A stretch of DNA of 64,000 bases from contig OZ024751.1 of NCBI GenBank assembly GCA_964016885.1, forward strand, positions 51,770,001 to 51,834,000, written 5' to 3'. The position numbers and the translations under genes are program-made. Below, piece by piece: positions 18,551 to 30,440 of the stretch. The DNA comes from Eledone cirrhosa. Taxonomy: Eukaryota. Numbering within the stretch: the first letter of the stretch is position 1; each line of letters opens with the position of its first letter. The notes beneath the pieces are model-generated. The model saw nothing but the letters and a program-made list of their open reading frames with translations. It had not been told where the DNA came from and ran no database searches.

Positions 18551-21500
18551 GACAAGACAAATGGAAAACAATTTTTTAAAGAGGAAACCTTCAAAATTAT
18601 TTATATATTTATATATATACACACTCACACACACACACACACATATTTACAAAAAAAACATGTTTTGTCTTGTTGAATGTATGCTATAATCATTGACTTG
18701 AGGTACAAGAAATTGGGACATATTATTGGTAGGGTTATAAGACTGATACACAGCCTTACTGAGATTGAATCATAAGATTACTAATTGGATGGGATGCCAG
18801 ATGATTGGACAATATGATGCTATGTCGTGTTTAATTACAGCCCTTTACAGTCTATGTTCAAATTCTGCCATGATCAACTTTGCCTTTCATTCTTCTGAGA
18901 TCTAAATTCATACCTTCTAAAGTACCAAACCAAAATAAAATGTTTAAATCCTAATTTTTTATGGTCAATAAGTCTCCACTGAAAATTATGTTTACCTAGC
19001 ATGTAATATACATATCAACTATATATTACATAGCTACCACATGTTATATAAATAGCTACTGCATGTAATATACATATCAACTATATATTACAAAGCTACC
19101 ACATGTTATATAAATAGCTACTGCTCTCATTTTAAACTTGATTGATCAGCATTAAAAAGTGACCTAATTGAAAAAGAAATCTTGATTGATTAAAAATATA
19201 ATTGAAGTATGGTTTAATCAATCAAATATACAATAGTTCCATTTTAATTGAACCCCTAGTCTATTGAGTTCTCACATAGGCACAAAGCCTCAAATTTGAA
19301 GTTGGAGGTGATCTAATTAGCCCCAGTTCTAATTTTAATACATGTTTTAATCATTAAGGTTATTTAAAAAAACTGAAAAAATTGTTTTGATATTTTTCTT
19401 CCACATTTTGAGCAGATTCCATCTATTTTGATAGTGTTGTATTGAAGATATAAGAAACTACGATTATAGTGCTGGGCTGATGATAAGATAGTATAATTAA
19501 CTTGGTTTCTAATGGATCATAATCATCTACACGAAGATGCGTGATTTTAGTTGCTACTCCACTCCTTTGGATAGGACTAAGAACCTTGATGTGACCACCT
19601 GCCCTCTCCTTCCTATCGAAAATACTAATTACATAGTTTAAAGATCTGAAGATCTGTTCTGTCCTGCCCAGAATAAAACCGAAATACCTAAAGTGGATTT
19701 TTTTTGTGGGGAGGTGGGGGCAGCAGTATTCATGGCCCTTTTCAGTGCCTCCGAGACTGGAGGGGGGGGGGGTGAAGGTGACGGTGTCCTCAAACCAGGT
19801 ATCTGGCCTGAATATCTACAACAGAGTAGACTCTGCTAAAAAGAACCCAAAATCAAGGAAGTGGTGTTAAACCAGGTAAGAGATTACGTTTACCATCAAC
19901 AAAATTTGAACTAAGAATGTAGAGAACCAGAACAAATATTGCATAGCATCCAGTTAAAGGGTCTCACAATTTTATCAATCAACAGTTACTTCAATAGCCC
20001 CTGGAAGGATAAAAGAAAGTTGACCTTGGCAAGGTTTGAATTGAGAACACAAAGAGCCAGAATAAATACTGTAAAGCATTTCATCTGATGCCCTAATAAC
20101 TCTGCCAATTCATCAATTTTGATCTCAAAATTTATAAATTGGCTATCCAAAGTTGCAAGATATGGCAGCTTTATTCTACCCTAAACAATCATATTTATGC
20201 CAATATCTTTCTATCCAATGATTTTCGACTGGCTATATTTAACATAAGTAAAATTAGATACATTTCAATCATAAAAAAATAATAGTAACCTTACTGTAAG
20301 AGTTGAGAATATTAAAAAGCATAAGAACCATATATTTCATTGTATTTTATCCAAAAAGTAATGCCAAAATCCACCTGCGACATATAATACTTTATATATA
20401 TAGGGTGACTCCAAAAATGTATAGACAAAGGCTGTGCATTCTAATAAATATTGCCTGTACAGGTAATCAAAGTGTATACAATTTTGGGGTACAATCTGTA
20501 TGTATATGTGTGTATGTATATCTATCTATACATAAATATATATAAAGTTAAGGAGCGTCTTGTATTCCGAAAACTAAGGTAACTTCAAAAGACGATTAAA
20601 AAAATATATATTAGCTAACGGGAGATAACAGAAACCCAATCAGTACACACTGTAAAGGGAGATAACTCTGCATATATAATTATTCGAACGATTTTTCTAC
20701 AACGGCCAGAACGTGGTTCATAAATTTACAACTAATTAAAATGAGACACAAGTTCGAATATATAAGTTTGTTTATAATAATAATTTCTCATCTCAGAAAT
20801 CTATCTAGCCTGATTTTAACTTGAAGTGTTAGCAATGTGATTACTATGTAAATATATATTTGTGTGACATTCATCAGTGAGGATTGTGAGGCAGGCAGAG
20901 AATGTTTACAAGTGCTTATAGAAATGTAGATATATTTTAAATTACCATATTGTTAGTTTAATTTTTATCATTCATTTATTGATACGTTTAATTTTCTGTG
21001 TATAATAAAAAATAAAAAATATATATATATATATATGGATTTTACCAGTTTTAAATTAGTAAGACCATTATTCCAAAGAGTACTCAATACATGGGAGAGT
21101 GGAGTGCAACTATATTAGTCTTTCTTTTATATATATATATATATATATTATTATATCTTTATACCACTGTCCTGAATATTAAACTGTACAAATTAAAATA
21201 GATTTGTAACATCTTTTAAAAATTGATAAATTCTGTGACTGTGACTTGCTCATACATTCCGTTGGCTCATGGTTCCTATGGCTCAATGCCCTTCCTAACG
21301 CCAACCACTTTACAATGGGTGGTGGTGGAATTTTATCATAGCACTAGCACCACCACTTTACAGGTTGGACTAGGTGGTTTTTATCACGACACTAACACAA
21401 CCAATTTATAGAGTGGGCTGGGTGAATTTTATGGTGGTACACATACATACATAGTAGAACTGGGATTGTAAAGAAATGCTTATATATATATAGTGTCATG

Positions 21501-22262
21501 AAAATGCACCCGATACACTCTGTAAGGGCACTCCACTATAGAAACCATGACTGAAAGGGCTAAAAGAACCCTTTAGTTGTGTCAAAGATACAACCTCCCT
21601 AGTGTTGATCTACACAAGAAACCCAATCAGTACACACTGTAAAGTGGTTGGTGTTAAGAAGGGCATCCGATTAGGCGGACCCTTCAATTTGTGTCAAAAG
21701 ACAACATCTCTGCACTCGATAGAACACATGATGGTGCGTAACTAGGATACAGACCCTTTGGCCTGCCTGGGAGGTCAGTACTGATTTGGTCTATGTAGAC
21801 CCGTCCAGCTTTTGCTAGCAAGGAAAGTGGACGTTAAATGATGATGGTATGTGTTTGTGTGTAGAATATGTATTTTTTTAAATATATTTAAAAATTGCAC
21901 GTTTTTTTTTCATACTCAATAATCTCTTTCACTAAAATATTAAAATGTTTCCATAGAACTTTTACACAACGTTTTACTTATTTTCAATTTGCACTAATTT
22001 ACAGAATTGTTTCTTTAAATAGAACTCAGTAACATCTACAAATGTTGTAAGACAAGTGTTCACAAATGATCTCCTCTCTAAGTCTTATGTTCTGGTGCTT
22101 CTAGCAACTTTTATAATTAAAAAAAAAACAAAGGATTTGTAGATATAGAAAATAAACAAATCCATATGAAAGACAGATGTAGATGATTGAATGTTAGGGT
22201 GTAGAAAACAAAACAACAATATATGTCCCATTATTATCTTGGAGTGGAATTGGCTTTGCTAA

Positions 22263-22298
<36 letters not shown>

Positions 22299-23701
22299 GT
22301 ATTTTACACAGCATTTTGTACAGATTGGTGATAAGAGACAAATCTCATGTACCATAAATACAAATTTTAGATGTTTATTATCCAGCAAAGTTTCTCTACT
22401 GCACTAAGTCTAACCTCATACTGATGCTAATATATTTTGTACTCCAGACTAGTCAACCTAAACAGCTAAATGTCTGTGTTGCTTAATAAAAAATATTCAG
22501 TATGTTAGTCTTCATTTTGAGAAAGTTTTTGCAATATTTACATCCAAACTATGTTTCAATCAATCTGTTTTCCAACCAAAACATAGTGTAGGTATATTGG
22601 CAATGCTAAAGATAGCACTCACACATTTAAAAATGTTAAACACTTCTAGCACTTTGATAATTTATTTATGTTTGGCCATGCTGCAGCACTACACTGTATA
22701 GTTTAGAATTTTTAAAAAGATAGGAGGTGTCAGTTGGCCCTATTCAGGAATAGTATACATACTGGATTATATCATCCTTTTTTCAGAAAGTAATATGTAG
22801 TTTGAGGGAGATTTTGTTGTTATTTCCAGCAGATGGAAGCAAACATGTAGATGCTTCCTAGCTGGCTTTTCAGTTTTGGTGGCACCAGCAACAGACTTGT
22901 ATTCCTGAAGTAGCGTGTAGTGGACGTCTATTGTGATCTCATGGTCTGCTAACACCCACTACAATTTCTTGAATATCTTGGCCAAAAAATTAACATATCT
23001 ATTGGACAATTCTCACTCTACTTCCCTACCCTCTGGAATTCCCTCCCGGTCCAATCTTTCTTGGCAGCTGTCCAAAAAAGAACATCACTCATATCATTCT
23101 TACCACTTTTGTATGGCCTGCAAAGGCTATGGGTACAGCCACTTCCTCCAGAACAAAGCATTAAAAGAAAATTTAATATGGAATAATTTGTGAACGTTAC
23201 TTCATTTAAAAACATATTTCAAAGAAAGCTTGTCTTACAACAGATGTAAATCAATATTTAAAAATAAAAAATGTTCTCTCACAATTCCTAGGAAAAGTGT
23301 TTTCATGCAGTTTTTTTGCATATGATTTCGATGGCTATTATTTTTAGTGGGGAGAGGGTTATAACTACAGTACACACACTATATGTGTATACATATATAT
23401 ATATATATATATATATAATGTGTGTGTATGTATGTATTCAGGTTTTATTGTTATTTCGACATCACTGTCTGAATATTCTAGATTCTACATATTTTTCATA
23501 GTTCCATTAACAGTTTGTAATTGTTTTTTTTTAAATAGCCTATATCCTTCCTGATCTTATGAAGCCCAACTTCTCAAAACCAGTAGTGAGCCAGTTATAA
23601 TAGGAAGTGCCCCCCCCCCCCCCCAGTAATCACAAGTACAAAGTGATAATCTAGATGTAGTACCTGTATAGTGCAGTGTTCACCATGTTTTCTTATGTGC
23701 A

Positions 23702-23732
<31 letters not shown>

Positions 23733-25420
23733 ACACACAATTGTAAATAATACTCAGAAATAAAAATAAAATTTTAATTTTTAATTCAATGAAACTGGAT
23801 ATTTACCAGTCAATGAATATGTTTACTGTTAAAAAATATATTCATATCACATTGAGAAAGCAATTATTTAAATGCAATATGTTGTTATATGTTATCATTG
23901 TAAAATGTTTAGTTGGGTCACAGTTGCTGCAACAGCCTTATTCTACTTGTTAAGTGGTTTTATATAACAAGCACAATCCACTTCAGTTGTCAGGAAAGTT
24001 ATTGTATGAGCTGACTTGCATAACAGTAATGGCCTAGTTAAATAGTTGTTGTAACTAGTTTGATTACAACAATACTAGAAACACTAGTTTTCATTACAAT
24101 TTCATTAGGTAGAGAAAAATGAAATTTACAGATCACCATTTATATGTAGGTTTAAGCAAGCCTCCCATGAGGTTGCAGCTTATAGAAAGTTTGTTTCTTG
24201 GGTGTTTTAATGACTCTAGTCCTAACATGAACAGCAACATGAAATGAAATGTGTCATCTAAGAACACAACACATCACCTGGTTCAGGAATTGAACCAACA
24301 ATAAATGATTGCGAATCCAATGCCTAAACCACTCGACCAGATACGTTTACACTGTGTAGAAGAATCATACTGACTGTTTTCAAAGTACAACAGACAGGGC
24401 TTGAAATTTCAGCATTGTAAGGAGAAACAGAAAGTGAATTGGACAATGTACGTGTCTTATTGGCCAGTGCAACAGTCACAATGCACAGTCTTAGCTCAAA
24501 CACACAATCTCCTGAGTAGATAGAACATAAGGACTGACAGCTTTGCTCAACTAAAATAGTAGACACTAATATATAATACTTTGTGTCTGGAATCAACAAA
24601 ACTTGCAATTTAACCAATTGCTTTCACCAAATTACATGTGTACAAACCTAACAATTTATAAATGATTAGAAGTATTAAGATAGAAATATTAAGTTCAGAA
24701 TGTTACAGTTCAAAAAGAAATGAAATGAAGCATCTTGCTATTTAAAGTGGAGAAAGTTTCTGTTTTACTTAGTTTTAGCTTCTTGTTATTGCTGCCAACT
24801 TGTGATGAGATAGGGATATTAATGCTGACAGTGATTACAGTAAACAGAGATTATAGTTTGGAACTGCTATTTCTCAAGACAAGATAAATTAGAACTCTTT
24901 ACTATTTAGCTTCTCACCATCCAGGAAACAGCTGTCAAGGACCATAATCCAAGTGTACCCAACCATATCGCTCCTTCAACTTTATTCGTTTGTTTCATAT
25001 AGTCAAGATGCTTCATGAATCCATCCTATATTAAAGAAAATAGAAAATATTGTATAATAAAACGAAAAATTTTGTTTAAATATATATATTTATAGGCGTG
25101 TATATGAAACCATATATTATATACATATATGCAATAAACATATGAGCCTCACTATCAAATAAATATTTTTTTCATTATGAAAAAATTATTTTCCTCTCAT
25201 TTGCTCTGTAAACATGTCCCAGATATCTCAGTAGCCGTTGAGAATGCCAGACAGATGTTTCAAGATTTGTTAATCTCTCATCAGTGACATTTACTCAACT
25301 GTTACTGAAACGAAAATAGACTATAGACTATATAGATTTTGCATGGTGAACAGAAAAAAATATTTTTCCCATTGAAATGAAGGAGGGTATTCTATAAGGA
25401 GAGGAGCAGACACTACAACC

Positions 25421-25926
25421 CATCATCATCATCATCATCAGGTTTAGCGTCCGTGTTCCACGCTTGCATGGGTTTGGACGGGGGTTTTCCCACTTGAGGC
25501 AAGAGTGGTTGTCTTGCTCGCATAGGACTGTCTGGCGGGTTTTCTACAGTTGGATGCCCTTCCTAACACCAACCACATTTACAGTGTGGGGCTGGGAGGT
25601 TTTTACCGTGTTGCCTACACGGCCACATTACAGCGTGGACTGTCTGGCGGGTTTTCTACAGCTGGATGCCCTTCCTAACACCAACCACATTTACAGTGTG
25701 GGGCTGGGAGGTTTTTACCGTGTTGCCTACACGGCCACATTTACAGCGTGGACTGTGTGTTTTTTGTCGTGACACCTACACGATCTCATTTGTTTCGGCT
25801 TGGATGTTGTGGGACCAACATAACTTTACATTGAAAGGGGCGGTGTGGGTGGGGTGGAGGTGGTGGGACGGGGGTGTGTTTTGATAGAGATGCCTACTGA
25901 CTGTAGTAGGTTTTTACTTTGTATTT
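25421..25926 (-). mobile_element. RTE LINE 3' UTR-only copy, subfamily A, with internal tandem duplication
   Basis: Near-identical to 62207-62598 and the reverse complement of 57085-57468; the block around 25525-25750 is repeated twice. Confidence 0.85.
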
Positions 25927-28900
25927 AGTTGAGTGTATTCTATAAATTTACCAAAGGATCAAGCAACGAAAGAAAGGGAGAGTGGGGGCAAACACCACAC
26001 CCCTGTTTGAGCCAGGGAACAAAATGGTAAATGTGTTACTGCGGAGAATGGCAAGAGACACCCACCCTTTCCGATTTTAAGGAGGAAATAAGCATATCGT
26101 CGGTGACAAGCATTTTCTTCTACACTTATATCACCTTCATCATCGTTTAACGTCCAGTTTCCATGCTAGCATGAGTAAGAGGCAAGTTGGGTCGGGTGAC
26201 TGTGTCTCGCTCATATAGGACTCATATAGATAATACATTTTTATAAATAAGATTTGCGTGAGACACCTTTGTCTCCAGTGAATTGCGTGTATAGCTGAGG
26301 ACGTGGGTGTTGCCTGTCAAGCTCATTGTGGTGGATGAATTTTAAATTGTTAACATACTACTCATTTCGCTGATGTTTTAGGATGAGAGAAGTCATGAAG
26401 TGTGTCATTAATACATTCTTCAAAAGAATAACAATTGTTTCTACTTTGGGCACAAGACCAGCAATTATCCCAGTGCATTACTGGTACTTTATTGTATCGA
26501 CACCGTAAGGATGAAAGGCAAAGTTAACCTTGACGGGATACGTGGCAAATAAAGCGGAAGGAAATTTTATAATCTATTAAATTAGTATATTTCAATTTTT
26601 TTTTTAACTAAGAGTAATTTTATCATCCATTTAAGGTTGATAAAAAAAAGTACCAGTCTAGAACTGGTGTCGATTCTTCCACTATATCTCTTTCTCACAC
26701 TCTTTCTAGCTTTCTCTGGGAGAAATCTGTTGTATTCAGACTTGGAGAGGGGTGGGCTCCGTCAAGTTTTAAAAAAGAAACGTCGTGTCTCATACGAGGT
26801 CTCTAAAATTTCCTTACGAGTCACGGGAACCATACATACAATTTTGATTAAATTATTAAATTTGGGATTCTTATACTAGTTGAGTACTTGGGGTCGATTC
26901 TTCCTCTATAGAAAAAAATCGGCTGTGTTCAGACCTGGAGAGGGTTGGGCTCCGCCAGGTTTAAATGTGGGTATTGCGGTGCCTCTGCGACTCCACAAGG
27001 AGTTATGGGATCTTTATCCCTTATACTAATTGACCTTCCGTTTCAAAAACAAAGTCAACACGGCTAGATTTGAACGTAAAATGTTGGCAGCTGTTTAATT
27101 GTTGGAAATTTTACACAACTTACGTAAACAGATAGTGGTGATAAAGTTTAGAGGAGAAACGGAAATTCGTGACAAATTTCTATTTTATTATATTTTTAGT
27201 AAAATAAAAGTTGACTCACAGAAAGAAGTAAATAATAAATATTGAGTGTATAAACAGTGCGAGAGAGACCTAAATCCGGTTAAACAATAAACTGAAGCCT
27301 ACTTTCAATTGGATGTTGAAACTTCATACTGTTTGTTTTAAAGCCCTTCCCCATGAGCCATCGAGGGGGGCTTCTACAATAGCAACCATCTCCTTTAAAT
27401 TACACAACAGTCCCTTTTGAAACTTGAGGCTCGGTTAAATCATAATCTAATAAAATGAAAGTATTACTTGAGTTTCGATTAAGGCGCCACGTCATTTTAT
27501 ATCACTAAAGAAAATGAACTATCACCCTCAACCCACACATCTTTAAAAAGAAGAGCAGACCTATTATTTATTATCTATAATTATAACGTCAAGAATAAAA
27601 AGTAGACGGGATGGTAATAGGAGTGTTTGAATAAGATTGACCTAGGGAAAAACATCAACCAGATCTCTTTCTATATATATATAATAGTACTAATATTATA
27701 ATAATATTAATGGGAGCAAGTAAATAACAGGGTGTTATAACGAAGGTCATGCAAAACTGTTATATATAAACTAGCTTATGTATAAACTATTAATGTATGT
27801 GTGTGTGTGTGTGTACAGTGATGGGGCGAGTATTTTCATTTTCTTCAAAAGCAATCCTACTGTCGATGATACACGAGACAAGTAGAAGCTGAGTAACAAA
27901 ATAGACATTAATTGTTTCTACTTTTGGTACAAGGCCCAATTGCCCAGTGCATTACTGGTACTTTATTTTAATAAGGCTTTCGTTGAATAAATGTGTTTCC
28001 GTTAATTCGTAAAAAGAATTTTGGTTTCCTAACACAGATACTGTCGGAAAAGCAGAAGAGGTTGTTGACAGCTGATGAGTTATCTTCTAAACGGATTTGA
28101 AACAATAGTTAAACCACATCCATCATGAGAGAGAGAGCGAGAAAGAGAGAGAGAGAGAGAAATCAAAGAACGCCTACATACTCATACAATTTTTATTTGC
28201 TGAAAATATTTCATCCATGCCGTGGGGCAGGAATCATCAGAGCTTTATAAACAAAAATACAGTGCTGAGTATAAGCTCTACCAAGCTTAGTCACATGAAC
28301 ATTAGATATACAGTACACGCTGCGTTGTCTACGTAAATATGTATATAGATATATATATACTTCAATAAAAAGATGTGTGTTCTTTTATTTAGTGACTAAA
28401 GTTGTTTAGTCTCAGGTCAGCCAGGACAGTCGAACTCTGATAAAAAGTATTCCAGTTACGACCATCCCATTTTATTTTCAGATTTTATATGCAGGACTAC
28501 ATTATATCTTATACACCATTCCCATTTTTTTTAGATGGTAGTAATGGGATGATTTAATTGATATTTCTAGCATATCGAGGACCACATAGAAGTCCCCTAT
28601 TGACAAAAAGGCAACACATTTTTTAAGGATAAGAATATATCGTTGATCAAAACCGATCCGGTATATCATATTTATTTTACTGTGTCTGGAACGTACGAAA
28701 TTAAGACCAAGAGAGATGTAAACTCGTAATATAAAGAGACATAAATAAACACCAAGTAGTTTTTCTCTGGCGCCATAGTGACATTACATTATGCATATTG
28801 CTTCACAACACTTTGTTTAATTAGAATATATATAATGTATATCATTTGGATCATTAACACAAACACACAAATACTAAAGTTTGAATAATAAATATTTATT

Positions 28901-29308
28901 TACAGATAAAATTGCTGATGCATTTAGTAATTTAGTTATATACTGTTCGTCGCTATATTAATTTATAAAGAATAAACATTTTTTCTGTTATTTTCGTGAT
29001 TTTTCAAGAAAATAAACTTTTATTCATGAAGTAAATACACTTTTTTCTTCTTTTTAAGTATGACCAGCTGTGTACATTAGAGCCCGATATTCTAAATAAT
29101 TCTTTTGTATAGAAAAAAATACGATGAGATGAATCGTTCACAAAAATAATGCAATTGTTAACTAAATTAAACTTCTGCAATCATCGTTTTAATTGTTGTA
29201 TCTATTTTTTGTTTAATTTAACAAACTTAACAGGAAGACTAACGATATGTATATAATATAGTTATATATGTGTGTGTGTGTATATATATATATATAAATA
29301 AACCTTAC

Positions 29309-29821
29309 CCATCCGCCATGATCGTTTATCCAAACATCGATCTTCCTGCATCTAAACATTTTCAACAAGATATGGTTATACTGTTCCCATGAAAGCTCCT
29401 GACGCTTTGAACGTTGATCGTCGACCAAAACGGCCAACATAGTGAAAATCATACATAAACGACTCCAGTGAAAATTTTCACGATCATCCAGAATGGACTC
29501 CACTACATCGCTGTAGGCTTTTTCTATGGTCAAATCTTCATTAACTTCGTTTAATAACTGAGAAGCATTTTTTAACAAGGTTTCTTTATATGTATTATAT
29601 ATCTCTAATATTGTTTTTCTCATACATACAATAATATCTGAGTCAGGTGTCGAAACAAAGTGCCCGTTCTTAAAATTAGAAACGACGTCTTTGATAATTA
29701 ATGAAATTAGTTTTCGAATCGACTTCAATTCTACTACAGTGAAGTTTATTTCAGTGGACATTGGAGACATAACAGACATTGAGTTAATATTACAGAAGAT
29801 ATTCGTCAAAACAGAAGCCAT
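29309..29821 (-). CDS. Divergent Bcl-2-family protein, main coding exon (Mcl-1/A1/Bcl-B-like architecture); unspliced read-through would stop at 29213 (202 aa)
   Basis: Kozak aagATGG at 29821. BH1-like SILDDRENFHWSRLCMIF (cf. NWGRIVAL) and BH2 WINDHGGW, immediately followed by the donor TGG|GTAAGG (intron from 29308), the intron position known in BCL2/BCL-X/MCL1. The downstream exon was not located. Confidence 0.85.
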
Positions 29822-29904
29822 CTTGGGGAATATTAACTGATTGTCTGTTACGACGTCCAAGAGAAAATGGAAATTAGTATTCAAACTTTGAAAATATGAG
29901 ACCT

Positions 29905-30003
29905 GCTGACAAAATTGAATGGTAGACACGATTTTATATGACTGCTTTTTCTAGGAATAAGTACGGTTGTACCGTATTATATCAACTCTGTCTCTGATTG
30001 GTT
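29905..30003 (-). promoter_or_regulatory. Core promoter of the Bcl-2-like gene: CCAAT box, STAT/GAS site, TATA box, Inr-like start
   Basis: Minus strand: AACCAATCAG (30003-29994), TTCCTAGAA (29957-29949), TATAAAA (29938-29932), and TCA with A at 29907, 31 nt from the first T of TATA. Confidence 0.7.
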
Positions 30004-30440
30004 GCTTTATTGTATACGTACACTACACATATATATGTGTGTGTGTGTGTGTGCGCGCGCACACACATACGCACACATATATATATATATATATATACGA
30101 TATATTAACAAATGGAAACTATATTATAAAACCATATTTATTTCATTATACATATTTATAATAATGAAATTATTGTGTACAGTGCTCAGGTGCACTACAA
30201 CTCATCAAAGGTGCATGTATAGTACATAGAATAATGTACAAATGTCAGGAAAATTAACAGTGTATGAGTCATGATATAATAATAATAACAATAATGAAAT
30301 ATTGTGTACAGTGCCCAGGTGCACCACAACTCATAAAAAAAGTGCACGTACAGTACATAGGGCAATGCACAAACATCAGTAAAATGAACAGTGCACGAGT
30401 CATGATACACACATGTGTGCATGTGTATGGAAGGGGTACA

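Noticed and set aside
25160-29180. Candidate acceptors for the Bcl-2-like second exon (near 29175, 29102, 28200, 28087, 27889, 25305)
   Set aside because: Each gives an early stop or no tail-anchor-like peptide; the 25.2 kb piece resembles an RTE relic (RLLRYLGHV).
29822-29929. N-terminal 36 aa of the 238-aa ORF
   Set aside because: Non-ATG start upstream of the predicted TSS; the first ATG, in good Kozak context, is at 29821.
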